This document shows positions 48,197 through 60,969 of a DNA stretch of 64,000 nucleotides, in pieces. The stretch's first letter is position 1; each line of letters starts with the position of its first letter. Both the position numbers and the translations under genes were made by a program. The notes below the pieces were generated by a model. It did no database searches, was not told where the DNA came from, and saw only the letters and a program-made list of their open reading frames with translations. The DNA lies in NCBI GenBank assembly GCA_950097015.1, contig CATNEN010000038.1, positions 33,976,001 to 34,040,000 on the forward strand, given 5' to 3'. Source of the stretch: Macrostomum hystrix (lineage: Eukaryota; Animalia; Platyhelminthes).

Positions 48197-51100
48197 ATGG
48201 AGACAACCGAAGAAAACGTTATTGCTGGGCACTTTCATCCGCCGATTCCACCGCGACCTGATGCTTGGTCCGCTGATTACAATTTAGTAGTTGTGAATGA
48301 GACAGCACTGACGCAGAATGGCACAGCGAATGATCCTAATAATCAAATTCCTAGCATTGACCAGTTGAGAGACTCGTTGCCACACCATGGCCCGACAGAA
48401 GAAGAAAATGGAGCTGTTACGAATGGTGAGGCTGCAGTTTCCGAGCCAGCCTGGGCTACTCGAGTTGCGCCGCCTCGGCCGCCGCCTCCGCTGTCGGAGA
48501 GGCGTGCACTGTTCAGCACCCGGACTCAGTCGGAGTGCTCGGCGCAAGGCTTCACTCGAATAGAGAGTCACAATTGTGATGGTCCGACTCAGGAGCCAGC
48601 AGCCACCGCTGCTGGATCGGCGTCACAATTTAATAGACGAACCGGTAACATACCGATCTTGTCATCGATGGGTCGAAGCTTTTCAGAGATTAAACAGAAA
48701 GCCGACAGACTGTTCGGCGGCGATCTTCAGCATCATCAGTCGCCAGTGAAGCCTAATGACGAACAACAAAATGGTCATAGATTGGCTAGTGAGCCTCCTC
48801 CGCTTACAGATGTGACACCTGTGCGGCCAACCTTAAATCAGCTGCGAGACTGCGCCCTACCGCCCGTGGTGCTGGTTCACGGCCTGTTTGGCTTTGGACC
48901 AGATGAGATGCTTACACCGAAAGGTAGATTGCACTATTGGGAGACTGCTATCGACAAGGAGACCAACTTTCACGGCCTGTTGGTTTTAGAAGCTTCTGTT
49001 GGTCCAGTTAGCTCTTATCATGATCGAGCATGCGAACTATTTGCCCAGATTGTTGGCTGCATAGTCGATTACGGAGAAGAGCATAGCAAGACGCACAATC
49101 ATTTACGGTCAGTTTTAACCTTATTAACTTCCGATTCCAGATTACTAACCTAAAATCTATAGAATGCTCGTAGATTAGTGTCCTTGCGATCGCAAGACTG
49201 GCTCGCATCGTCCACCAAGACTGAATAGCTGCAAGAGATTTTGTGCACTAAACGCAATAAGCCTTTAAGACGGCAACGACTAAAAATAAAGCCTGGCGCA
49301 TTGAACTTGAACGACCAAGGCAAAACGGACAATAGAACCTTGAGGACCAAAGCAAAGCGGGCATTAGAACCTTGAGGACCAAGGCAGTGGGGACAATAGA
49401 ACCTTGAAGACCAAGGCAAAGTAGGCCTCAGAACCTTGAGGACCAAGGCAAAGCGGACATTAGAACCTTGAGGACCAAGGCAAAACGGACAATAGAACCT
49501 TGAGGACCAAAGCAAAGCGGGCATTAGAACCTTGAGGACCAAGGCAGTGGGGACAATAGAACCTTGAGGACCAAAGCAAAGCGGGCATTAGAACCTTGAG
49601 GACCAAGGCAGTGGGGACAATAGAACCTTGAGGACCAAAGCAAAGCGGGCATTAGAACCTTAAGGACCAAGGCAAAGTAGGCCTCAGAACCTTGAGGACC
49701 AAGGCAAAGCGGACATTAGAACCTTGAGGACCAAGGCAATGCGGACAATAGAACCTTGAGGACCAAGGCAAAGCGGACATTAGAACCTTGAGGACCAAGG
49801 CAATGCGGACAATAGAACCTTGAGGACCAAGGCAAAGTAGGCCTCAGAACCTTGAGGACCAAGGCAATGGGGACAATAGAACCTTGAGGACCAAGGCAAA
49901 GTAGGCCTCAGAACCTTGAGGACCAAGGCAAAGTAGGCCTCAGAACCTTGAGGACCAAGGCAAAGTAGGCCTCAGAACCTTGAGGACCAACCAAGCAAGA
50001 TTATTAGTACATTGTGAGGCAAGACAGAAATAGAAAGACAAAATAATCAGATTTGAGTTAGCTTACCAAGGCAGAACAAATAATGCATCAAATGCCTAAA
50101 TATTATTAACCTGCCTTCCTTTCTTAGAAACGGCCGCGACTTCACTGGCAAGCCGCTCTATCCCTGGTGGAGCCAGGAGCGTCCGTTGCATTTTGTTGGC
50201 CATTCAGCTGGCGGTAATTCTATACGCCTACTGCAGCACCTGCTAGAATTGGATTACTGGGGTCGCGGCACTAATGCCTCTTGGATTAAATCTGTCACCT
50301 GTATCATGGCGCCAATGAATGGATCTACGGCTGCTTACCTGGCCGGTTGCAGCTTAGAAACTGGACTGTTTGGTCTATCTAGCCTAGTGCCGCTGCTTAG
50401 CATAATTGACACACTCGGAGCCGTTGTTGGATTCCCTGTCGCTGAAAGGCGACGCATGCTCATCTGGAAGCTGGAGCACTTCGGCTTGCAACAGGTTTGG
50501 TTACTTTTGGCTCCTAACGTAGATGTTAAATATCCTAGTGTATCTCCGAAATCCTCATTTTAATTGGTTTAAATTTTGTCTATTGGTCATTGGTGATTCG
50601 CTAAATCCCAGATCCTCATTGCTGATTAAAAAAATCCCAGATCCTCATCGGTGATTCGGTAAAATCCTAGATCCTCATTGGTGATTCGCTAAAATCCCAG
50701 ATCCTCATATTTTGTAGGCTAAAATCCCAGATCCAATATTTCGCAGGCTAAAATCCCAGATCCTCATATTTTGTAGGCTAAAATCCCAGATCCAATATTT
50801 CGCAGGCTAAAATCCCAGATCCTCATTGGCGATTCGCTGAAATCCCAAATCCTCATATTTTTCAGGCTAAAATCCCAGATCCTCATCGGCGATTCGCTAA
50901 AATCCTAGATCCTCATTGGCGATTCGCTAAAATCCTAGATCCTCATTGGCGATTCACTAAAATCCCAGATCCTCATTGGCGATTCGCTAAAATCCCAAAT
51001 CCACATATTTTGTAGGCTAAAATCCCAGATCTTCAAACATGCTTATATGTATTTATTATCCTTATAGGCAAACATTCTCAAATTGGTCAGCCGTTCACCT

Positions 51101-52482
51101 ATCCTCTTTTTCACCTGCGCTCTTGTTTAGGACGACTTCGCTGAGTTCAATCGCCTGCGTGAGCGCATTTCCGAGAGCGGCTTCCTACTTGGCGAAGACA
51201 ATCTGGCCTACGACCTCACGCTGCAGTCGTGCGAAAGGTTCAACGCGTTGGTGCCAGACTATCCAAACACTTACTATTTGAGCTACTCAGCTGTGTGCTC
51301 AACATCTACTCAGGTGCATAGCTTCGTTTACATTATTATTAAAATCAATATCGACCGACTAGCCCCAGTAGGGCCGGATTTATTACAGAAAGTGGGATTG
51401 TCGCAGCTATTGTGCGCGGGATTTGAACCCAGACCTCTCGTTTACAAGCCTGAAGTTACAAAAACATACACAACAACAACCTCCCTCCTTTACAGGTGAA
51501 AACTTTCATGGCTGCGCCCTACCTATATATGCTGAATCGCAATTTCACTGGACCCGCCGTGCCGCCCGGCTGGTCTAAACAGCGCGACTGGTTGCTTAGC
51601 GACGGCTTGGTGCCCCTAGCCAGTCAGCTGGCTCCCACTGACGCCCAACTGCCCAGGTCGGTGATCAGTTTGTCCACTCAAGACGATTTCGGTTCTAGGA
51701 GTGTGGGCAAAACGTCTACTGGTAGGTTCTGGGTTTTTTGGTCAGACAAATAAATATTTATCACTCTAGCCCTTTTAAAACCAGGTCTAACCTACCTGTC
51801 TGTGAGGGTGGTGTTGCATAGCGGTTAACCAAGGTCCCTAAGTTCGATTCCGCGGCGAGGCCACATTGAATCTGATCGCAGTCGCGAAGAGAAGGCCTGG
51901 GGGCGATGATGATGAGGGCCAACCTCCCGAGGCACTGTGAGAATGTACACTGCCTGATGGTTAGAAAGTCAGGGCAGATGTACACACATGTGCCTGCGTA
52001 CAATATCTGTGCGCGTGTGTGCTCATGAGTCAGCGGAATGGGCAGAATTGCCTCCCCGCTGGCTACGGGTCTAGTGTCCACAGATGATTTGTCCTTGCCT
52101 GCAGCCCTCCTGCAGTTTGTATTATTATTATTACTAATATTAACTGCCTGTGACGATTTCAGCTCAGTCATGGACTACCGATCCGCCTCCGCAGCAGAAT
52201 CAATTAAAGACTGGAATCTGGTACACTGATTCCATCGCTGCGGCTGCTCAGTCTGCTACTAAGCACTGGGATCATTGCGATGTGATCTGCGCTCGCGGCC
52301 TTCTATGGGAGGGCATCGTTGATCGCATCCCGATCATTAGCGACGGAGCTCAGGCTCTATTTAGCCTGGGCAAACGGCTAGGCAGTGTGCCAAAGGAGCG
52401 CGAAAGTTTCGCCCGAGTTTCAAAGTCCGAGCAGAGGCGTTTCTATGAGGCTGTCTACGCAAGGCTTAGCCAGTTAAAATGA
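48197..52482 (+). CDS. Alpha/beta-hydrolase lipase of Staphylococcus/Geobacillus type with ~220-aa low-complexity N-terminal extension. Exons 48197-49107, 50128-50494, 51131-51313, 51496-51721, 52163-52482
   Basis: PVVLVHGLFGFG, ASVGPVSSYHDRACELFAQI, VDYGEEHS..HNH, HFVGHSAGG (nucleophile), APMNGST, YDLT, YYLSY, SDGLVPLASQ (acid), WDH (His); GT-AG phases consistent. Confidence 0.88.
49300..49990. repeat. 32-bp minisatellite AGAACCTTGAGGACCAAGGCA + variable 11 nt in lipase intron 1
   Basis: Constant core with a small set of recurring variable segments. Confidence 0.93.
50590..51035. repeat. ~30-bp minisatellite CTAAAATCCCAGATCCTCATTGGCGATTCG in lipase intron 2
   Basis: Tandem copies, two variants. 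Confidence 0.9.
51806..52143 (+). mobile_element. Near full-length SINE family B with (ATT)n tail in lipase intron 4
   Basis: tRNA-like head, shared body, TATTATTATTA tail, TSD-like CTG(T/C)CTGTGA on both sides. Confidence 0.8.
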
Positions 52483-53551
52483 TATATTTTGGTCAGTTTT
52501 TTGCTAGACAAAATAAGGCAATCTACGCTATGCCTAGCTTGTAATATATATTGTGGTCAATATTTAGCCCGATTAAAATGATATTTAGTGATCCGTTTTT
52601 TTCTTGAAAAACCTGGCACTCTACGCTAGACATTAACTTTTCGCTAAATGCTGAAAAACCAGGCCCTCTACGCTAAAACTAGCTGTTCAAAATGTTATGT
52701 GCCCAGTTTTTTGCTTTAAGAAAATGAAAATGAGGCTCTCCACGCTCGGCTTAGCCAGCTGAAATGATCCGATTTTGTTTTAAAACAGTTAATGAGGTTT
52801 TTATGCTAGCTTTAGCCTACTGAAATCAATTTCTTTACGTCTTTCTGTTTGGATAAAATGAGGCTCCAAACCTTTCCAGTTGAAATGATTATTTATTGGT
52901 CGGTTTTTCGATTGGTGCCATTTTACTCTGAGTCTGCGCCACGGATTGAAGTACTTCTCACTACACTATTTTAACAGTTCCAATATTTTTACTTGTTAAT
53001 TTTATTTTCATTACTGTTTCTTAAAGTATATTCAAACTAATTATTTTTGGATAGTTTTTCTGTTCTAGACTTTATACTTCAAAAAACATTTGCACAAACT
53101 TCTCTTTTTACCTTTTGTCGCTATATTTTTGTGATATATAGGACAGTAACCTATTTTTAGATTGTATGTAAATGATAAAGAATGCTGTGGTTTTTTATGA
53201 AATGTTTATCCAGATTTTCTGCTCTTTCAAAGAAGCTGTTAAATAATTGAAATTTCAAAGAGTTTTTGCTGCTACAGTTTATTTTAAACAAAACAATCTT
53301 TCTGTGCATTATTATTTTGTCTGATAAACCACTTGAAGGGTTGTAACTCTCATTAGCAGGAGCTGTATCTTTACATTTTTGTTGGTGCTTTGTATCTTTT
53401 TTCCACAATAATTCCAAGTGTATTAATTCATTTTTACACTTAACTTTAAAAATTCAAACTATTTATTACTTATTTTTCTGATTATTTGTTGTCAGTTTTT
53501 CCATTATTGTGTCCATTTAAAATGATACAAAGGAAAATAAAAATTTATTCT

Positions 53552-53970
53552 CCCGCTAAAAAATAGGGATGTTTCTTTGGGTGATTCCAGTTGGAATCTG
53601 CGGTGTTTCCAGAAAAAGAAACAGCCGTACGCTGGAAACGTATTAATCGGATGATTCCATGCTTAGAATCTACCCAACTGGGCATTTTCTCGGTGCTTCT
53701 TGGTGGCGAAATGGAATCACCCAAAGAATCCTCCAGTTCGGAAGATTCCATGCTCAGAAACCGCCGAGGAATCGCCCGTAAATAATTCTCTGGTTGTCCC
53801 ATGGGCCACTGGTTCGGGTGATTCTTCGGCGGTTTCCGCACAATTTACGGTTACATCGGCTGCTTCCTGGGTGGTTTCTTTAACTCTTGCGAGATAGGGG
53901 GGATTTTGGTAGATTCCACTCCTATTTTACACAAAAACCCGCCGAAGAAGCAGCCGAATTTTTTACAGGG
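53552..53970. mobile_element. MITE, possibly EnSpm/CACTA-type (CCC termini, 2-bp TSD CT)
   Basis: CCCGCTAAAAAAT ... ATTTTTTACAGGG imperfect TIR; internal inverted GATTC/GAATC motifs; GC-richer island in an AT-rich intergenic region. Confidence 0.65.
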
Positions 53971-54388
53971 CTGTTCTGTTCATATTTTTTAAAACTAACC
54001 TGAAGTGGAAGAAAATTATTAGTTTTTGCAGGTTTAAAAAAATCTTTTTTTAACTTATTAATAAACAACAAATAAAGATATTCAATTTTGTATTATTTGT
54101 TTAATTTTTTATCTCTCTGTTGTTATCAAATAGTAATTAAGACAAGACTTTATTGGTATAGTGTGAGCAATTTTAGTTTAAGTTAAATAGTTTGTTCCGC
54201 TTTTCTAATATGCCATAAGTATCACATGTTTAACTCCCTCTCCTGTATCACCTTGCATCAACAGTATAACTGAATCAACAGTTCTGCAGAAATTTTTTTT
54301 AAACAATTTCAGTTCTGAAGCGTCATAACAGTTAAAGTCAATATTAGTATAAAAAGTTTTAAAGAAATAGACAAAAACAGCAAAAGCC

Positions 54389-57300
54389 ATGGTCTTCAAG
54401 AAACAGCAGGGCAAATCTGGCGCCAAGTCGCCGCTTGGCAAGCCTCAGCCAACACCGCCGACAAAGAAATCAGCACCTCCTCCGGCAGCCAGTTCTGACG
54501 ACAGCGACGATACGGACGACAGCGATGGCGGCGTCAAACAGCTGCCGGTAGCGGTGCCGCCCAGCCAATTAAAAAAGCAGTCGCCGACTAAGGCGACCAA
54601 ATCGCCAGTTGCTAAGCAGCAGACACCGGTTGCTAAGCAACAGACACCGGTTGCTAAGCAGCAGACTCCAGCAGCCAAAAAGCAAACTCCAACTGCGAAG
54701 CAGCAGACTCCGGTTGCTAAGAAACAGACTCCGGTTGCTAAGAAACAGACTCCAGCGAATAAGAAGCAAAACGCGCCTATTGCTAGCGAAGACGATGATG
54801 ATTCGGAGAAGGATGAGGATGATGAGGGCGATGATGAATCTGAAGAGGAGCCAAAACCTGTTGCTCAGAAACAAGCAGCCGTTGCTAAGCAACAGAAAGC
54901 TTCAATTGACGAGGAAGAAGACTCCGAAGAGGATGACGATGATGAGGAGGACGAAGAAGACTCCGAAGAGGACACGGCGACGCCCGTTGCTAAGGGTCTG
55001 ACTGGTGTTGCTAAGCAATCGAAAATGGACATCGATGATGATGAAGACGATGATGATGATGATGAAGACGATGAAGATGATGAAGACGATGAAGATGATG
55101 AAGATGACGAGGAAGACGATGAGGAGGAAGTGTCAAAGCCAGCCGCAAAGAAACCCGTCGCTGCTTTGAACGGTGCCGTAGTTCCAGTTGCTAAGGCGGC
55201 TCACTACCTGTTGCTAGGCAATCTGGAGGCTCACACTAGTGTGTCTGATTTAAAGAACTATCTGAGCAAACGTGGCGTAGCCTACGTAAGCGCTTCTGTT
55301 CTGGACTCGCCAGTTGCCATCCTGGGCCTATCGACCAGTCAGGACGCTTCTGCCGCATTGGCCAAATGCCAGGGCGCGCCTTACAAGAGTCGCCAGCTGG
55401 CCGCCTGCCAATTGGCTGGCAAGCCGGACCGCCTGCTGCAATTGGCTGGTAGCCAGAAGGTGCCTGGCAATACGGACACTACTGCTCTGTTTGTATCCAA
55501 CTTGCCGTTCGAGACAAATGAAGATTCGCTTATTAATCTGGTAAAGGAAAAGCTAGGCGGCCGCGCTGATGAGCTCATCTCAGCTAGGCTGTTGATTAAG
55601 AAAGGTGCCGGCAATAAGCACCGAGGCCAAGCTGTCGTCCGATTGGCTGGCGTAGCCGCCGCCCAGACCCTGCTGGAGGGCCTGTCCGGTCACGTGCTAG
55701 CCGGCAAGCCAATCAAGGCCAGCTACTATATGGCCAACAAAGAAGATTCAACAGCTGATGGCCCGGTCAAGGCTAAACCAGAGAACCAGGTTAGTCTTGT
55801 CCTTTGTGTGGTGTTTTTGGTTTTCTTTATGAGTATTAGTTTTTATAATTTATCCTAAATCGAACATCTTTCTTAGAATATTTGTCCTTTGTTACACGTA
55901 TTTCTTAGAAAACGCCTTTTCTTACACGTTTCTTAAAAAATATCTGTCAGTATATTTAGATTTTAGAATCAGAAACATGCAAGCAAGATTTCATTTTTAG
56001 TATATAAGACTAGCACACTAAGCCCCCCTTGGGAGGCACTACTGTTCAGACAAAAAAATCTTGTGTAATGCAGAAGGATAAAGCACCTGAAAGAAAACTC
56101 TATCCACTGTCTAGCAGAAGAGCCCGAAGCCTACTGGCGGTGATAGCGTCGGCTCCAACCTACGCGGCCAGACCCGGACCCTGTTGCTTAGCAACCTGCC
56201 GGCCAACGCCTGCGGCCGCGAATCGGACGCCATCAAGACCGCCTTCCCCGGCGGCGTTCGCTACGCTGCCAAGGCTAGGCCTGGCCAAGAATTCGGCGGC
56301 TGCTTTGTTGAATTCGAAACCGCCGAGGCCTGCGCCGAGGCGTTCGACAAATTCAACGGCGACAGCGAGATGGACGGCCGGCAGATCGGCGTCAAGTTTG
56401 TTGAACAGAGAGGCGGCCCGGCCCAGACTGCCAGCCATGCTAAGCCGACTAGCACTATTGGCGTGTTCAACTTGCCTTTCAGCGCTACCCCAGATTCTCT
56501 GCGTGAGCACTTCCCCGAGTCCACCGACCTATTCATTCCGAAGGATCCTGAAGGAAGAAGTCGCGGCTTCGCTATTGTCCGGTTTGAGAACGTGAGTGCC
56601 CGAGATCTTTATAGTGCCTGATTTCATGTGCTTTTTTCATTTTTGTCATATTATAGTTCATTTAAATGGTCTCTTTTAACTATCAGCTCAATCGTGTCTC
56701 TTCATTCCTCAGCTGAGCCAAATATTTTGGCTTGATCAGTGAAATTGTAAAAATTCGCATCAGGGTGTCCATAGTGGCCTATTTCCACCTGTTGTAGCCC
56801 TTCAAGGTCCAGAAGTCCGTCTAGAGGTATGTAAAGTTAGGTGACCAACGAAGATGATGCAGGCACATTCGTGTGACATGCTGATAAATTTTGAAGGCCT
56901 GGCAAGGCCGCACTGAGGCGCTGTGTTAACTCGTGTGAAGGGGTGCGTAAAGTACACTAGCGTTTATGGGAAAAATCTGACCTTCGGCAAGAAACATTGA
57001 ATATCTCGAAGTTCTGAAGAGCATGCGCAAATAAAAGTTGGCCCATGTTCTTGAGTTTCGTGTGCTTGCGTTGCTCCGTTCGGGTGCAGCACTGAAAATA
57101 GTCAGGGTGGATTCCCTCTTTAGTAGCTTCTACTTTTAATGTTTTCCTTTCACATGTTATTTCCTTCACCTGTTCTTGTCCTACTGGCGTGTTCGCCTCG
57201 CACACCAATGTCCTTGAGCTCGATTCCGCGGCGAGGCCACATTCATTTGGGGAGCAGCTGCGCAGAGAAGGCTTGAGGGCCAACCTCAAAGGCACAGCAC

Positions 57301-58220
57301 AGTGAAAGCGTATACTGTCGGACTATGAGAAAGTCTGGGCAGATGTACACACCTGTGTGAGTGTGTGCCTCTGTGTACCATAACCCTAAGCTAATAATAA
57401 TAATAATTGCAAGAGGGCTGCGGGCATTTGGTTGCACTAGATCCGCAGCCAGCGTGGAGGCAATTCTGCCCATTTCGCTGACTCCTGAGCACACACGCAC
57501 ACAGATACTGTACGCAGGCACACGCTCACACAGGTGTGTACATCTGCCCTGACTGTCTCATCGTCACTTCGATGTACACTTCACTGTACCTTGGAGGTTG
57601 GCCCTCAAGGGCGTAAATTGCACGACAACACCCCAAGCCTTCTCTCCGCGGCTGCGCCCCAAATAAATGTGGCCTCGCCGTGGAATCGAACTTAGGGACC
57701 GTGGTGCGAGAGGCAAACGCGTTAACCGCTCTGCCACCGACCCCCATAACCCTAAGTTCCTTATCGCTGCTTTTTCTTTTCTTAATCGATAGCACTTTTT
57801 TATCAACAGGAGGAAGCCGCCGCCAAGGCGATGTCGGATAACGCCGAGCTTTCCCTCGACGGTCGAACAGCTCGTTTGGAATATCGCGAAGATCGCGCCC
57901 CCGGCGAGGGTGGACGCGGCGGCTTCAGGGGTCGCGGCAGTTTCGGCGGCGACCGCGGCGGCCGTGGCGGACGCGGTGGCGGCTTCGGTGGTCGCGGCGG
58001 TCGCGGCGGCTTCGGTGATCGCGGCGGCCGTGGCGGTCGCGGCAGCTTCGGTGGTCGCGGCGGTCGTGGAGGCTTCGGTGACCGCGGAGGACGTGGTGGC
58101 GGCTTCAAGCGACCTGGCTTCGGCGGAGGAGACGGCGATGAAGACAGATTTAACAAGAAGCCCCGCATGTCCACGGACTCTGGCAATCTGAGCAAGAAGT
58201 TCGAGTCCGACTCGGATTAA
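54389..58220 (+). CDS. NCL: Nucleolin-like protein (basic TP repeats, acidic tracts, 4 RRMs, RGG tail). Exons 54389-55789, 56115/56118-56591, 57810-58220
   Basis: KKQTPVA repeats, D/E tracts, RNP motifs LLLGNL, LFVSNL, LLLSNL/GGCFVEF, IGVFNL/RGFAIVRF, RGG repeats; phase-0 introns; NAGNAG acceptor at exon 2. Confidence 0.88.
57185..57375 (+). mobile_element. Truncated SINE family B
   Basis: CTCGATTCCGCGGCGAGGCCACA head and GGGCAGATGTACACACCTGTGTGAG body. Confidence 0.75.
57391..57743 (-). mobile_element. Full-length SINE family B with (ATT)n tail and 13-bp TSD CCATAACCCTAAG
   Basis: TSD at 57378-57390 and 57744-57756; A box TGGCAGAGCGG, B box GTTCGATTCC. Confidence 0.88.
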
Positions 58221-58399
58221 GTGGTTCAAAAGTTGGAGCATTTTCTGAATTGAAGATAACTCATGCCAACCATTTGATTTGCACCCAACGCCACGAATCA
58301 AGGAAAATAGTTAAGCTTTAGTAACCTGCCACTGCTTGCAGATACCAACGCCCTCATACCCTTCCCGGCCCTCGGTGTACACTCGCTCTTATCCATTCG

Positions 58400-58565
58400 A
58401 TCAATCCCTACCCCACCCTCAGATCTTATCGACCCGCTCAATCCCTACCCCGCCCTCAGATCTTATCGACCCGCTCAATCCCTACCCCGCCCTCAGATCT
58501 TATCGACCCGCTCAATCCCTACCCCGCCCTCAGCTCTTATCGACCCGCTCAATCCCTACCCCGCC
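58400..58565. repeat. 37-bp minisatellite downstream of the nucleolin stop codon
   Basis: CCCTCAGATCTTATCGACCCGCTCAATCCCTACCCCG, about 4 copies. Confidence 0.9.
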
Positions 58566-59419
58566 TTTGGTGAACACTTCCCCTACCCAACCTATACCCT
58601 CGCCATGACCAAGCTTTTGACTAAAGCAACCTATAAACAGTTGAAAAATGTTTAGGTTACATTTTTTTATTCTAAAAATACATATTTTATGCGTTGTGAA
58701 TTAAACCATCTTTTTGTTAGTTAAAGTTGAGAGGCAAATTTCGTTCTGTTTGGTTGAGGTTTTAATTTTGAATTGCAGACTTAAACAATTGTCAGCAGTT
58801 TTTTGGCCTGCGTTTTTTATGCCTTTGTTTTGTCGCTGTGTGCGCTGCATTTGGACTAAATTTAGTTTCCACCTCTTTGTGTGTGTCCCTATTGCTGGCC
58901 TTTTTATGCAGGAAAATGCAGTTTTTTATTGCAATTCAAAAATGTATTTATATATATCGGGTAATCTGTTTTTTTATTAGCTGGGTCGCATTTATTTTTG
59001 TCTAATTAACTTAGATTAAATAAGCACAGTAAAAATGTTACTTTTTTGTTATACGGAAATTACGTAGCGATTTTGATCATGAAATTTAACAAACTGCTTC
59101 TAATATTAATTCTCTGCGATATTGTGTGCAGTAGTGTGATTGACAAAAATTCTAATCAGTATGGATTGTACCTTCAATAAAAATAGGCGACATTGCGATT
59201 CGTTCACTTGGCACAATAAGTGTGTTCCGCGACGCTTCGAGGACAAAGTGGTTTTGGATTGAAAAAGATATTTGTTTTTGTATTTTTGTTCGTTATTTAT
59301 ATCTCTTCTGCAACTAGTTTCTTGATTCTTAGTGTAAGTGCATCTATAAAATAATTCTTACCTAAAAGATGGGGGTTATGACTTTGCAAAAGCTACAATT
59401 GCACAGCATTGCACAGCAC

Positions 59420-59895
59420 AGCCCTCCACCCCTACCCAGCCTGAGTGTACACTCGCCATTATCGACCCCACCACCCCTACCCAGCCTGAGTGTACACTCG
59501 CCATTATCGACCCCTCCACCCCTACCCAGCCTGAGTGTACACTCGCCATTATCGACCCCTCCACCGCTACCCAGCCTGAGTGTACACTCGCCATTATCGA
59601 CCCCTCCACCCCTACCCAGCCTGAGTGTACAATCGCCATTATCGACCCCTCCACCCCTACCCATCCTGAGTGTACTCTTGCAATTATCGACCCCTCCACC
59701 CCTACCCAGCCTGAGTGTACACTCGCCATTATCGACCCCTCCACCCCTACCCAGCCTGAGTGTACACTCGCCATTATCGACCCCTCCACCCCTACCCAGC
59801 CTGAGTGTACACTCGCCATTATCGACCCCTCCACCCCTACCAAGAGTGAGTGTACACTCGCCACTTTCGACCCCTCCACCCCTACCCAGCCTGAC
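59420..59895. repeat. 42-bp minisatellite in the probable 5'-UTR intron of the first BLVRB-like gene
   Basis: CCCTCCACCCCTACCCAGCCTGAGTGTACACTCGCCATTATCGA-like copies between GTAAGT (~59335) and TTTGCAG (~59942). Confidence 0.93.
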
Positions 59896-59980
59896 TAATG
59901 TGTATACTTCGTTTTTTATCATGTTAAAAATTTGCTTTGCAGTTGACATTTTCGTCCAACGAGAAGTACGTCTAGTAAAA

Positions 59981-60969
59981 ATGCCGCTAAAAGTAGCAAT
60001 CCTGGGAGCCACGGGACCCACCGGGCTGCTGCTGGTTGACCAAGCTCTCGCCCGCGGTCACCAAGTTGTCGCCGTGGTTCGCAGTCCGGACAAGCTGGGC
60101 TCCGAGCGGCTGGCGCAGTCCGGCCTGACTGTAAAACAGGTGGCCGACATGGACGCCGCTGCGGGCACAGAGGACCAGAAGCTGCTGGTTGAGGCTTTTA
60201 CAGGTTTGTTCCTTGTCTAGTTAGATAAAATACAGATCCCATCTCCTAACCTAAATTCAGATCCCACTGTCCTAATTTCAGATCCCATTTTCCAAACTTC
60301 AGATCCCAAACTCCCAACTTTGAGATCCCAGCCTTCTAACCTCAGAACCTGATTTCCATATTTCAGATCCTACTTTCCAAATTCATGTCTCAGATCCAGA
60401 TCCCAAATTCATGTCTCAGATCCAGATCCCAAATTCATGTCTCAAATCCCACTTTCCCAACAGACAGCAAAGCTGAATTGACAAGCTTTAGCTTCATCAT
60501 TTATTTCGCAGGCTGCGATGTAGTTCTTTCCGCGCTGGGCGCCACCACCAGCATGTTTCGCATCAACCTCATGACTAACGCTGTCCCGGCCATTGTCGCT
60601 GCGATGCGTTCAGCCAAGGTGACCCGCCTAATCCTGCTAACCGCCCAGTGCACCGTCTATCGACCCGAGCATCCTAAAATTGTCGAATGGGTCATCAAGC
60701 CGCTGTTTATTGGCCGAAATTTGGACGATTTTTGGCGCTCCGAATGCTACCTGACTGAGCAATGCGCTGATATTAACTTCACTGTTGTCAAACCACCCGG
60801 CCTCTCTAACTATCCGCTTGAACAGCGCCAGCTTCAAGCTGTGGAAGGCCAGTATGTGCCCAAGCCAACCCAGATGTCTGTGCCCAGAGCCAATGTGGCC
60901 AAGTTTATGCTGGACTGCGCGGAATCCGCCGACGCCTGGTCCAAGAAGCTGGTGGCCGTTCAATTCTAA
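59981..60969 (+). CDS. NAD(P)H-binding flavin reductase / biliverdin reductase B-like. Exons 59981-60203 and 60512-60969
   Basis: Rossmann VAILGATGPTG, ALARGHQVVAVVRSPDKL, GCDVVLSALG, FTVVKPPGL, SVPRANVAKFML; phase-1 intron. Confidence 0.88.

Noticed and set aside
49300-49990. CRISPR-like repeat/spacer appearance
   Set aside because: Variable parts are only ~11 nt and recur; eukaryotic intron; no cas genes
53545-53897. Short overlapping ORFs
   Set aside because: Lie within a MITE and show no protein motifs
57564-58301. Ala/Thr-rich and Pro/Arg-rich alternative ORFs
   Set aside because: Other frames of the nucleolin RGG exon
59362-59980. Pro-rich N-terminal extension on the BLVRB-like ORF and antisense Gly-rich ORFs
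   Set aside because: Read-through of the 42-bp repeat; the paralog shows the true start is MPLK
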